A stretch of DNA of 64,000 bases from Candidatus Dojkabacteria bacterium (GTDB lineage: Bacteria > Patescibacteriota > Dojkabacteria > B142 > JAFGFJ01), in NCBI GenBank assembly GCA_016931155.1, contig JAFGFJ010000006.1, positions 314,896 to 378,895 of the forward strand, written 5' to 3'. Of this stretch, positions 29,716 to 39,274 are shown in pieces (positions within the stretch are counted from its first letter, which is position 1; the number at the start of each line of letters is the position of its first letter). A model generated the notes under the pieces. It saw nothing but the letters and a program-made list of their open reading frames with translations, did no database searches and was not told where the DNA came from. A program made the position numbers and the translations under genes.

Positions 29716-30981
29716 ATGGAAAGACATTCAGTGCCCCAAAATATTATGGATGTCGAGTTCAAGCTTTTTGGAAGCCTGACCGTAAGACAGTTCGCTAACC
29801 TTGCAGGATCTATTGTCGTTGCGGTTATTTTATATTTTTTTAATATTCCCGGAATTATCAAATGGCCAGCAATCGTCGGTTTTGTTTTCTTGGGCATAAG
29901 TTTGGCACTGGTTAAGATAAATGGTCAAACATTTGGTACTTGGCTTGGCAATTTTCTGGCTTCTATGTTTAGTTCCCAGAGGAAAATATGGAAGAAAGAT
30001 CCGAAAGTTCCTGAGATACTTACAAAGACTTACCGTCCACGAGTAAGTAATGAACAGCTTGTTTCTGCGAAGAAAAAAGAGTTACCTCCTTTTCTACGTG
30101 AGGATATAATTCAATCTACAAACGTAGTAGATGAAGAGGAGGAAGAGCGGCTAAAGAAATTAGAAAAATACATTCTTGGTGGTACCTCTTCAACGATAAG
30201 TGAGCAATTAATTTCAGACGAAGAAAAAGCACAACGACCGGTAATAATTGATCCTTCAGATCAAAATCTTGCTGGCACAATGAATACGGCAAATGAGGAT
30301 AATTATTCTATAAATCAGTCGGACGAATTCGCAGTAATTGGAAAGAAGATGGCTAATCAGAGAGAGCGACCGATAAGCTCAAGACTTGTGCATAAGAACC
30401 TTGCGGAAAACATAGGAATTGCTGTAAGTGAAGATACTAAAGAGTCCGGTTTGGGCAAGGAAAAAGAAAAAAAGTCAGAAATAGGTTATCTTTCTGAGAA
30501 ACCTGTTAATGATATGAACAGAGGATTAGATGTGAAAAGGAGTTCTTCCGACGAATTGATAGAGGCTAATAAAATACTGCAGGAAAGGATACAGGAACTT
30601 ACAGAAAAAGCGAAAAAATCTCCTGATGACTCTCAGATAGCTCAAAAACTTGCAGAGATGGAAAAACGTCTGGTGGAAATTCAGTCGGGAGGTTCGTTCG
30701 CTAATGAAAAAATAGTATCTCAAAAACCAAATGTTATTAGTGGTATAGTAACTGATAAAGAAAATAAATTACTTCCTGATGTTAGGGTGTTGATTAAGGA
30801 CAGAAGGGGTTTTTTGGTTAGATCACTGATTACTGATAAGCAAGGTTACTTTGTTACGACAACTTCACTTCCTGACGGCGATTATTTAGTTGAATTTGAA
30901 AGCGATAGACATCCTTTTGACCAGTATAAAGTTAACCTGAACGGGTCTTTGAAAGATACGTATAAATTTACTGCCAGATGA
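29716..30981 (+). CDS. PrgI/VirB3-like membrane protein fused to a long coiled-coil and a C-terminal CarboxypepD_reg-like beta-sandwich domain
   Basis: N-terminal FKLFGSLTVRQFANL plus two TM helices resembles the PrgI family, which sits upstream of VirB4 in Gram-positive T4SS. The C-terminal ISGIVTDKENKLLPDVRVLIKDRRGFLVRSLITDKQGYFVTTTSLPDGDYLVEFE resembles the CarboxypepD_reg fold. Confidence 0.5.
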   Translation: MERHSVPQNIMDVEFKLFGSLTVRQFANLAGSIVVAVILYFFNIPGIIKWPAIVGFVFLGISLALVKINGQTFGTWLGNFLASMFSSQRKIWKKDPKVPEILTKTYRPRVSNEQLVSAKKKELPPFLREDIIQSTNVVDEEEEERLKKLEKYILGGTSSTISEQLISDEEKAQRPVIIDPSDQNLAGTMNTANEDNYSINQSDEFAVIGKKMANQRERPISSRLVHKNLAENIGIAVSEDTKESGLGKEKEKKSEIGYLSEKPVNDMNRGLDVKRSSSDELIEANKILQERIQELTEKAKKSPDDSQIAQKLAEMEKRLVEIQSGGSFANEKIVSQKPNVISGIVTDKENKLLPDVRVLIKDRRGFLVRSLITDKQGYFVTTTSLPDGDYLVEFESDRHPFDQYKVNLNGSLKDTYKFTAR

Positions 30982-31000
30982 TTTATCTTATTAGTTAATA

Positions 31001-31684
31001 ATGGCGTTTTTAGGAAGAAAAGAAACAACAACTCAGGAACATCTTGATATTGAGGATGTCAGAGATGATCTTGTTGTGTTAAAAAATGGTAACGTTTCTC
31101 TTGTTATGGAGACGACTTCTTTGAACTTTGATCTTCTTTCGGAAGAGGAACAGGATATACGAATTCTTGCCTTTGCAGGGCTTATGAACTCATTGAATTT
31201 CCCTGTACAGATAGTTGTTAGAACAGAAAGAACAGACGTAACTGATTATGTAGATAAGCTAAAGATCTATAAGGAAAAACAGATTTCGTTGGCCTTAAAA
31301 AGACAAATAGAGATTTACATGCAATTTATTAAGAATCTTACTGTGAACACCGAGGTTCTTGATAAAAGATTCTTTGTTGTTATACCAGGAATAATATCAA
31401 GTATACAAAGAACTAGTGCTGTGAGACAGATCTTCGGTAAACCAGTAAAAATTAAAAATATCGAGGAGGTGCTTGAAAAAGCCAAATTACTTCTTTATCC
31501 AAAACGTGATCATCTGCTGAAGCAGTTTCAAAAAATGGGGATAATTGCAGAGCAACTAAAAACTGATGATTTAATACGTTTGTATTACGGTATTTATCAA
31601 CCGGATACTCCTGGAATTAAGAAATTAATTTTGAAAAAACAGGATTTTTCTACTGGGATTGTAGAAACTTTAAAAGAAGAATAA
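31001..31684 (+). CDS. VirB4/TraC-family T4SS ATPase, N-terminal domain fragment (separate ORF)
   Basis: HLDIEDVRDDLVVLKNGNVSLVMETTSLNFDLLSEEEQDIRILAF matches the N-terminal block of Gram-positive VirB4 homologues (Tn916 Orf16/TcpF type). Confidence 0.6.
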   Translation: MAFLGRKETTTQEHLDIEDVRDDLVVLKNGNVSLVMETTSLNFDLLSEEEQDIRILAFAGLMNSLNFPVQIVVRTERTDVTDYVDKLKIYKEKQISLALKRQIEIYMQFIKNLTVNTEVLDKRFFVVIPGIISSIQRTSAVRQIFGKPVKIKNIEEVLEKAKLLLYPKRDHLLKQFQKMGIIAEQLKTDDLIRLYYGIYQPDTPGIKKLILKKQDFSTGIVETLKEE

Positions 31685-31688
31685 CAAT

Positions 31689-33635
31689 ATGTGGATATTT
31701 GGAAAAAGCAAAAAAGAAAAGGAAAAAGAGAAGGAACAGACAAGTCAGTCAGAGGATCTTGAAGAGAAGGCAATTGAAAAATTCGCTGAGGGATTGATTG
31801 ATGTAAAAGATCTGATAGCTCCGTCAGCGATGGAGGTGGATTTTAACGATGTTCTTGTAGGAAATAAGTACTTTAGAACTTTCCTTGCTACTGGATTTCC
31901 AAGCCATGTCGGACCAAATTGGCTTTCTCCACTTATCAATTTTGACTTTCCTGTAGATATAAGCACGTTTTATTATCCTGTGGATAGTTCAATGATAATG
32001 CAAAGACTCAAACGAAAGATTGGAGAAATGGAGGCAACAATCAGTCTTGATCTTGAAGCAGGAAAAGTGGTTGATCCATATGTTAAGGTTGCACTTGAAG
32101 ATGCAAAGAATTTACAGGAACAAATAGCAAAAGGTACAGAGAAATTTTTTCACTTTGCTCTTTATGTAACTATTCGAGCAGGCAGTATCAGGGAGCTTGA
32201 AAAAATCTCGAAGAATCTTATTTCAACAATGTCTTCTATTAGTGTGATTCTAAAGGTGGCTACTTTGCAGCAGGAACAAGGTTTTCAGAGTGTTGTACCT
32301 GTAGGAATAGACAAGATCTATATGACCAGAAATATGGATACGACCTCTTTGGCGACCACATTCCCATTCGTTAGCTCAGAGCTTACTATGGATACTGGTA
32401 TTTTGTACGGAATAAATAAACACAATAGAAGTCTTGTGATTTTTGACAGGTTTGAACTTGAAAATGCTAATGCAGTTGTTTTTGCAACTTCCGGGGCGGG
32501 AAAAAGTTATATGGTAAAGCTTGAGGCTATGAGAAGTCTTATGTTCGGGACTGAAATACTGATAATTGATCCCGAAAGAGAATATGAGAAGCTAACGAAA
32601 ACAATTGGAGGAGAATACGTATCGTTTTCGCAAGATGGCGCGCAAAAATTGAATCCATTTGAGCTTTCAGGAATTTATGACAAAGATGAAGACGAGCTAA
32701 GAATGAAAATTCTATCACTTCACGGCCTTATGAGGATTATGATGGGTGGAGATTTTTCTCCGGAAGAATCTGCAATACTTGATAGGGCACTTATTTTGAC
32801 GTATAAAGAAAAAGGCATTACGGTTGATCCTGTCACACACAAAAAAGAACCACCTCTTCTTGAGGATTTATATAAGATTCTCCAGGCAATGGCAGAGCCT
32901 CAAGCTCATAATCTTGCGACAAGACTTGAGAGGTTTGTAAGAGGAAGTGCAGCTGGTATTTTTGACAGAAAATCAAATATTGAGATTAAGAATACATTTA
33001 CTGTTTTTAGTATTCGAGAGTTGAGTGATGACCTAAGGCCTATAGCAATGTATATGATGCTTGATTTTATTTGGACAAGAGTGAAAAGACTTCGAAAGAA
33101 AAGACTTCTAATAGTGGATGAGGCATGGTGGATGATGCAGTATCCAGATGCAGCAAAATTTATCCACTCAATGGCAAAAAGAGCCAGAAAGTACGGTCTT
33201 GGGCTTACTACAATTACTCAAGATGTTGAGGACTTTTTGAGTACGGATTACGGGAAAGCTGTTGTTACAAATTCATCAATACAAATATTAATGAAGCAAA
33301 GTCCTGTAGCTATAGATAAGATTCAGAAGATATTCTATTTGTCTCAAGGTGAGAAGAACTATCTACTTTCAGCAGGTATTGGGGAAGGTCTATTCTTTGC
33401 CGGATCAAATCATGTGGCAATTCAGGTAATTGCGAGTGAAAATGAGCATAATCTAATAACTACATCTTATAAAGATATGGAGAAAGAGGAGAAGAAAAAA
33501 GCGGCATTGGCAGAAGAAGCTGTAAAAAATGCCGGAATTGGTATTGCAGATATTCCTGAAAATACAAACCAGCAAGTTTCCCCTACTGATAATATTAATT
33601 CCTATACTGGTAATACTTCTTCCAATGCGGTATAA
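31689..33635 (+). CDS. VirB4-like T4SS ATPase, central + C-terminal ATPase domains
   Basis: YFRTFLATGFPSHVGPNWLSPL middle-domain block; Walker A FATSGAGKSY; Walker B LLIVDEAWWMM. Confidence 0.8.
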   Translation: MWIFGKSKKEKEKEKEQTSQSEDLEEKAIEKFAEGLIDVKDLIAPSAMEVDFNDVLVGNKYFRTFLATGFPSHVGPNWLSPLINFDFPVDISTFYYPVDSSMIMQRLKRKIGEMEATISLDLEAGKVVDPYVKVALEDAKNLQEQIAKGTEKFFHFALYVTIRAGSIRELEKISKNLISTMSSISVILKVATLQQEQGFQSVVPVGIDKIYMTRNMDTTSLATTFPFVSSELTMDTGILYGINKHNRSLVIFDRFELENANAVVFATSGAGKSYMVKLEAMRSLMFGTEILIIDPEREYEKLTKTIGGEYVSFSQDGAQKLNPFELSGIYDKDEDELRMKILSLHGLMRIMMGGDFSPEESAILDRALILTYKEKGITVDPVTHKKEPPLLEDLYKILQAMAEPQAHNLATRLERFVRGSAAGIFDRKSNIEIKNTFTVFSIRELSDDLRPIAMYMMLDFIWTRVKRLRKKRLLIVDEAWWMMQYPDAAKFIHSMAKRARKYGLGLTTITQDVEDFLSTDYGKAVVTNSSIQILMKQSPVAIDKIQKIFYLSQGEKNYLLSAGIGEGLFFAGSNHVAIQVIASENEHNLITTSYKDMEKEEKKKAALAEEAVKNAGIGIADIPENTNQQVSPTDNINSYTGNTSSNAV

Positions 33636-33643
33636 ATAAAAAG

Positions 33644-34204
33644 ATGTTTCCACTAGATATTTTTACAAAACAATTCAACCTGAGTGGGCTAGTACTTATA
33701 GCCTCTGTTGCTATTTTTTCTTTGGCAGTAATTATTCTTTTGGTGAATGTTGTTATATTAAACAGGAAGCTAAAAAAAGCTACTACACCGACGTATGGTT
33801 TTGCAGGAAAGCCAATATATCCCATTATTGCAACATTGCTAATATCTGTATCTATACCTCTAGCTGTATATTCTTTATCTCAGGAGACTACTTTTGAACA
33901 AAAAGCAGAAGAAAATGTGATTCTACAGAGTAGTCATTATGTGGTATCAAGAGATGGGGAGAATTTACGGCTTGAGTTTAATGTTGTTCCATATGTAGAT
34001 GGGGTAGCTTGGGGAGAAAAGTCGTTTGATATTTTCTGGTCATTTAAGGGAAAAACATCCAAAACTAGCTATGAGTTTAATAAATCTGCGATTAATCCCA
34101 GTAAAATGACAATTACTTTGCCAAAAGGTGAGTATGATCTTACTATTCTTGTTACTTATGAGAATAGATCTCAGAGGTTAGAACAAAAGCTTGTTCTAAA
34201 ATAA
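33644..34204 (+). CDS. Hypothetical membrane protein (2 TM + ~100-aa extracytoplasmic domain) downstream of VirB4
   Basis: Hydrophobic segments at aa 15-40 and 60-80; no recognised family. Confidence 0.5.
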   Translation: MFPLDIFTKQFNLSGLVLIASVAIFSLAVIILLVNVVILNRKLKKATTPTYGFAGKPIYPIIATLLISVSIPLAVYSLSQETTFEQKAEENVILQSSHYVVSRDGENLRLEFNVVPYVDGVAWGEKSFDIFWSFKGKTSKTSYEFNKSAINPSKMTITLPKGEYDLTILVTYENRSQRLEQKLVLK

Positions 34205-34233
34205 TTCTTGTTTGTGCGTGCTATAATTATTTC

Positions 34234-34626
34234 GGTCTAGTCAGAACGGTCGCTAAGCGTGAGCTTAGAGGAAAGTCCGAACTCCTCTTGGCACAATAGT
34301 CAGGACAAGGTACCTTGGAGACAAGGCAGGGAGTGATCTCTGGGATTAGAGCAACAGAAAGTAAGGAGCCTGCGAATTGCAGGCGATCTTGAAAGGGTGC
34401 CTCCGGGTTTTTCTGGGGGGCGTACATGAAATTTCATGTATGACGTGTAAGAGACCACCGGTCACGATAGTAATATCGAGATGCTGGTAATCCCTATCGG
34501 GAGCAAGATCAAAGTGTAGATCGCAAAGTGTTTGTTCTTTTGATTAATCAGAACAAATACTGCTAGAGAAATGACCGTCATTCTGGTGTTGCCAGAAAGA
34601 ACAGAATTCGGCTTATTGACTAGACC
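34234..34626 (+). ncRNA. rnpB: RNase P RNA, bacterial type (M1 RNA)
   Basis: GAGGAAAGTCCGAACTCC (P4 5' strand) and ACAGAATTCGGCTTA (P4 3' strand) covary with the E. coli GGG/CCC pair. The P1 helix GGTCTAGTCA...TGACTAGACC closes the ~393-nt molecule. The ORF-track ORF 34227-34427 (-) is spurious. Confidence 0.85.
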
Positions 34627-34734
34627 ATTTTTTCAACCACTTCAGGAGTATTTCCATTTGGGTGCATAATACTTCCTGTATAGAAACCATTATTTCTTGA
34701 AAATTTCAATTTACAGTGGGAACACATAGATACA

Positions 34735-35433
34735 TTATCTTCTTGATGTTCCTTTTACCCTTAAGAAGAAGTATAGCAGTGTACTGAGAGATTGGACGGT
34801 GGCAGCAACATAAGTAAATGCGGCAGCGTTCAGGACTTCTTTTGCTTTTTCTATTTCAACGCCATCAAGTAGAGAAAACTCTCTAATGAATTTTAACGCT
34901 CTTTTACTTGCGTCAAGTTCTACGGGGAGTGTCAAAAATGAAAATACAGTAGCTGAAGAAAATAATGTAATTCCTAACCAGGAAATCTGTCCTAGACTCA
35001 AAATGATACCAATTATTAAAAGAGCGTAACCCGTATTTGTAGTAATTCCAACTATTGGTGCAACAAACGATCTGATGCGAATGGCGAGAGTTCCCTCAAT
35101 ATGTTGTGAAAGGTGTCCGGTTTCATGTGCTGCTATTGCAACAGAAGCAATGGACGGAGTTCTACTTACTTCAGAGGAGAGAAGAATCGTTGAAGTAATT
35201 GGATTATAATGATTATTTAAATCATTGTTACCTTCCTCAAAAATAACCTGATAGTTCTTGGCCTTACTTATTGTATATACTGTGTCTACTCCGTTTATTC
35301 CTCTTGCATTCAAAGAATTAGAATACTTTCTGTATGTAGACGAAACTATATGAGAAGACAGAAGTCCTACAAGTAGTGCTGGAAATGAAAAAATTATGTA
35401 TAGTGGATCAAAGTTCATAAGTAATTTTAACAT
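34735..35433 (-). CDS. YugP-like putative neutral zinc metallopeptidase (membrane)
   Basis: HETGH zinc-binding motif and an N-terminal pattern (STYRKYS) matching the Zn_peptidase_2/YugP family. Confidence 0.7.
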   Translation of the reverse strand: MLKLLMNFDPLYIIFSFPALLVGLLSSHIVSSTYRKYSNSLNARGINGVDTVYTISKAKNYQVIFEEGNNDLNNHYNPITSTILLSSEVSRTPSIASVAIAAHETGHLSQHIEGTLAIRIRSFVAPIVGITTNTGYALLIIGIILSLGQISWLGITLFSSATVFSFLTLPVELDASKRALKFIREFSLLDGVEIEKAKEVLNAAAFTYVAATVQSLSTLLYFFLRVKGTSRR

Positions 35434-36162
35434 ATTTTACAAAAGTGTTATTGTACAAACTTTTTTGTCCGGTACTCATGAAGTAATAATAGAGATTAGG
35501 CAGACATGCTAGAAGATAAAAGGCAGGAAGGTATGTATGCCCCAATGTATACCAAATTTGATCAGATAATGATTGATATTGCAGTGTTTTGAATGGTACT
35601 AATATATGGACAAAAAATAGAGCAATGAATTGTAAGGCAATAAATAATATTATAATAATAGAAAGGCAAATTTTCAGTCAATAGTATCTTGGTAGTGATT
35701 ATGTGTTGTTGAAAATTTTCTTACTGTAACATAAAAATATTATATGATATTTAAAAACATTTAATTACGTTAATTAACCAATATTATAAGAAATACTGGT
35801 TAGAATTTGCTTTACAAGTAACAATATAATAACAATAGCTTACCAGTTGTTGGCTTATGTGCTATACGGTACTCTAAATAATCGGTACATTTGTATAATT
35901 GGACACTGTGGACAAGCAAGAATCGATAATTATGTCACACAAAATAGGCTCTAGTAAAGTTAGGGTCGGGATCTACTAAAACTGGTATTTAGTAAATATT
36001 CAATTTAGAGAAATAAAAATAGTAAGAATAAAAAAATTGTACAATAAGTCGGATAAGGCTACAATGGTGACTGATCCGCAAAATCAGGAATGTGTAACAA
36101 TAGGGTAACATAAGGGTGACTTATGAGTATAATAAATTGGGGAAAAATAAATAATGTGGTAT

Positions 36163-39141
36163 TTAGAAGGTTTTATGTTCTTTAGCATTGATTAGTCCGC
36201 ACTTCTTATATTTTAGACCGCTACCGCAAGGGCAAGGGTCATTTCTTCCGATTTTTAGTTTTGTGGTAGTATCCTGTTGTTTACCTCTCTGTAAATATTT
36301 CCCTTCTTTTTTTTGTTTGATTTTTAAATCATTAGGCTGTTGTTTTGTTTGCATTTCTCTATCTTCTATAAGTATATTCTCTATTTGTGAAATATTTGTG
36401 GATACGCTCTCCTGTGTTTTCTGTAATATCCTTTTAATCTTCAAAATTATTCTTGCAAAATTGGAGTCAACATTACCAATAAATTGTTCAAATAATAGGA
36501 ACCCTTCATTTTTGTATTCGACAAGTGGTTCTCTTTGAGCATATCCTCTAAGACCTATTCCTTGCCTGAGGTCTGTCATGCTATCGAGGTGTTCTGTCCA
36601 GCCGTGATCCATACTTTCAAGATAATAGTTTTTTACAATAAGGGGATAGTCTTTACCATATTCCTCAACTTTAACTCTCAACATTCTTCCAACCAAATCT
36701 TTAAGGTAGCTAGTTATCTCATTTAACTTTTTTCCTTCTATTTCCATTTCCAGGTACTCTCCAGCTTTTGTTGCATCAGTTAATTTCTTCTTTGTTGGAA
36801 TTTTAGTGACAAGCTCATCTTCGAATAAGTCCAGGAAATCCGCTATCACTTGTTTTCTGTCCAAATCATCACTTCTTTCAGGGATAAAGTGTTTATTAAC
36901 AATAAAGTCGACTTCTTCCTCCAATAACCTTTGTAATCTTTCGGTGAGCTTCATTGTTTTCTCCTTCGTCTTCAGTATTTCTTCTTTCTTGTACAATGCT
37001 GCAAGATGATCCGTTTCTTCCAAAATCGTTCTTCTCTTTTTGTAATAGATTTCTCTTTGCTTATTTACTACGTCATCATACTGAACAAGCTGCTTTCTTA
37101 CATCAAAATTTGTACCCTCCATCCGCTTTTGTGCGTTTTCAATTGCGCCACTTATCATTCCAGATTCAATGGGCATATCTTCAGGAATATTTGTCATTTC
37201 CATTAATTTTTGTACAATTGGACCGCCCTGTATTCTCATGATTTCATCGTCAAGTGCGACGTAAAACCTGGATACTCCAGGTTCGCCCTGTCGTCCTGAT
37301 CTTCCTCTGAGCTGATTGTCGATCCTTCTAGCTTCATGCCTTTCTGATCCAATTATCTGTAGTCCTCCTGTTTTAACGACCTCTTCAAACTCCTTATCTG
37401 TAGCATTGAATCCACCGAGTTTGATATCCGTTCCCCTACCAGCCATATTTGTTGCAACTGTTACTGCAGATTTCTTTCCTGCATTTGCGACTATGTTTGC
37501 TTCTCTTTCATGGTATTTTGCATTTAGTACTTCGTGATCTACTCCTTTTTTATCAAGGAGCCTTGACAGATATTCCGACTTTTCAATTGAAGTGGTTCCG
37601 ATAAGCACTGGTTGTCCGTCCTTGTTTTTTTCCGTTACTTCTTCTGCTATTGCATTGAATTTTGCTTCCTGGTTTTTGTAGACTCTGTCAGGCAGATCTT
37701 TTCTTATTATCGGCTTGTTTGTAGGTATGGAAAGTGAGTCTAGAGAATATATCTTAAAAAATTCTTCGGCCTCTGTCATGACTGTCCCTGATCCTCCTGA
37801 TAGCACTTTGTATAATCTAAAAAGATTTTGGAATGTAATCGTTGCGAGTGTCTTTGACTCTCTTTTTATCTCCACTCCTTCTTTTGCTTCTATGGCTTGA
37901 TGAAGACCTTCTGAATATCTCCTGCCGGCTAGAACTCTTCCGGTAAATTCGTCAACTATCATGACTTCACCATCTCTAACCAGGTAATGATCATCCAATT
38001 TGTATAAGGTTTCAGCCTTCAGGGCATTCTCAAGATGGTGTGCCAATCTATAATCTTCCCATATGTTTTTTACTCCAAGCAATTTTTCTGCTTTTTCAAT
38101 CCCTTCATCAGTTAAAACAGATGAGTGTGCTTTTTCATCCAAAACATAGTGTCGCTCGGGTTCTAGATTCTTTACAAGTTTTGCAAATTTGATATAAAGT
38201 TCGTTTGATTGTTCAGCTGGGGCAGAAATTATCAGGGGAGTTCGTGCTTCGTCTACAAGAATAGAGTCGGCCTCGTCAACAATGCAAAAGTACAGTTCTC
38301 CCTGAACAATGTCTTCAGTAGTTCGTACCATATTGTCTCTGAGATAATCAAAGCCAAACTCATTATTTGTTCCATAAATCACATCACACTTATATGCTTC
38401 CTGTTTTGATACCTCAAGGAGATTTAGACCATCTGAGTCTCCAGGGTTCATTACCTTTATTTTTTTTCTTTGCTTATACGCTTCTTCATTTTTGAATTCC
38501 TTTATCTGCTCATCAGTAATATATTTGTAGGATTTCTCAGGTGTAATTACTCCTACGCTAAATCCCAACTCAGAGAGAATGTGACCTGCGTATTCACCAT
38601 CTCTTTTTGCAAGATAATCGTTTACAGTGACAACATGTGATCCTCTTCCGGTAAGACTGTATAAGGCTGCAGGCATCTGAAAAACGAGAGTTTTTCCTTC
38701 TCCGGTTTTCAGCTCTACTAACTTAAAACCTTGTGCAAGAATCGCACTGGCCAGAAGCTGAACATCAAACTGTCTAATAAATTTTTTTCCTTTACGCATT
38801 TTTCTTTTGGACACCTCTCTAATCATTGCGTAAACTTCAGGAAGAAATTCAAGCAATTTATCTTGTATGGCTTTTTCGTATTGAGGCATATCTTTTCCTT
38901 TTTCCGGAGTTTTTATTGACATTTTGTCTTCTGAAGGCACTTTTTCTACTAAAGTGTTCAATTCATTTCTTATTGTATCAAGCCTTTTTTGGAAGGATTT
39001 GATGTCTTTTTTTTCGAAATCTGGTTCAAGAGAATTAATTTTCTCGACAATGGGCCACGCAGCTTTTATCTGCTTTTCATTAGAGTCGAAAAATTTTGAA
39101 AAAATATTCAGGAACATTTGTGGAATTAAATCAAACATCAT
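36163..39141 (-). CDS. secA: Preprotein translocase ATPase SecA (with C-terminal zinc-binding CPCGSG...KKCG tail)
   Basis: DEAD-like motor blocks (LKTGEGKTLV, VDEADSILVDEARTPLIIS) and canonical C-terminal Zn finger. Confidence 0.95.
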   Translation of the reverse strand: MMFDLIPQMFLNIFSKFFDSNEKQIKAAWPIVEKINSLEPDFEKKDIKSFQKRLDTIRNELNTLVEKVPSEDKMSIKTPEKGKDMPQYEKAIQDKLLEFLPEVYAMIREVSKRKMRKGKKFIRQFDVQLLASAILAQGFKLVELKTGEGKTLVFQMPAALYSLTGRGSHVVTVNDYLAKRDGEYAGHILSELGFSVGVITPEKSYKYITDEQIKEFKNEEAYKQRKKIKVMNPGDSDGLNLLEVSKQEAYKCDVIYGTNNEFGFDYLRDNMVRTTEDIVQGELYFCIVDEADSILVDEARTPLIISAPAEQSNELYIKFAKLVKNLEPERHYVLDEKAHSSVLTDEGIEKAEKLLGVKNIWEDYRLAHHLENALKAETLYKLDDHYLVRDGEVMIVDEFTGRVLAGRRYSEGLHQAIEAKEGVEIKRESKTLATITFQNLFRLYKVLSGGSGTVMTEAEEFFKIYSLDSLSIPTNKPIIRKDLPDRVYKNQEAKFNAIAEEVTEKNKDGQPVLIGTTSIEKSEYLSRLLDKKGVDHEVLNAKYHEREANIVANAGKKSAVTVATNMAGRGTDIKLGGFNATDKEFEEVVKTGGLQIIGSERHEARRIDNQLRGRSGRQGEPGVSRFYVALDDEIMRIQGGPIVQKLMEMTNIPEDMPIESGMISGAIENAQKRMEGTNFDVRKQLVQYDDVVNKQREIYYKKRRTILEETDHLAALYKKEEILKTKEKTMKLTERLQRLLEEEVDFIVNKHFIPERSDDLDRKQVIADFLDLFEDELVTKIPTKKKLTDATKAGEYLEMEIEGKKLNEITSYLKDLVGRMLRVKVEEYGKDYPLIVKNYYLESMDHGWTEHLDSMTDLRQGIGLRGYAQREPLVEYKNEGFLLFEQFIGNVDSNFARIILKIKRILQKTQESVSTNISQIENILIEDREMQTKQQPNDLKIKQKKEGKYLQRGKQQDTTTKLKIGRNDPCPCGSGLKYKKCGLINAKEHKTF

Positions 39142-39274
39142 GATAGCACAAAAAGCAAATTCCGCGGGAAATTTATTTAAGTTAATAGCAGTATAAATCT
39201 TGTTAATTTAAGATCAGTTTTGGATTTTCTACAAATTTAAGGATTGTCATGAAAAAGTGGAGAGGTGACTCTGT

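Noticed and set aside
34227-34427. 66-aa minus-strand ORF
   Set aside because: Lies entirely within the RNase P RNA gene; no coding signal.
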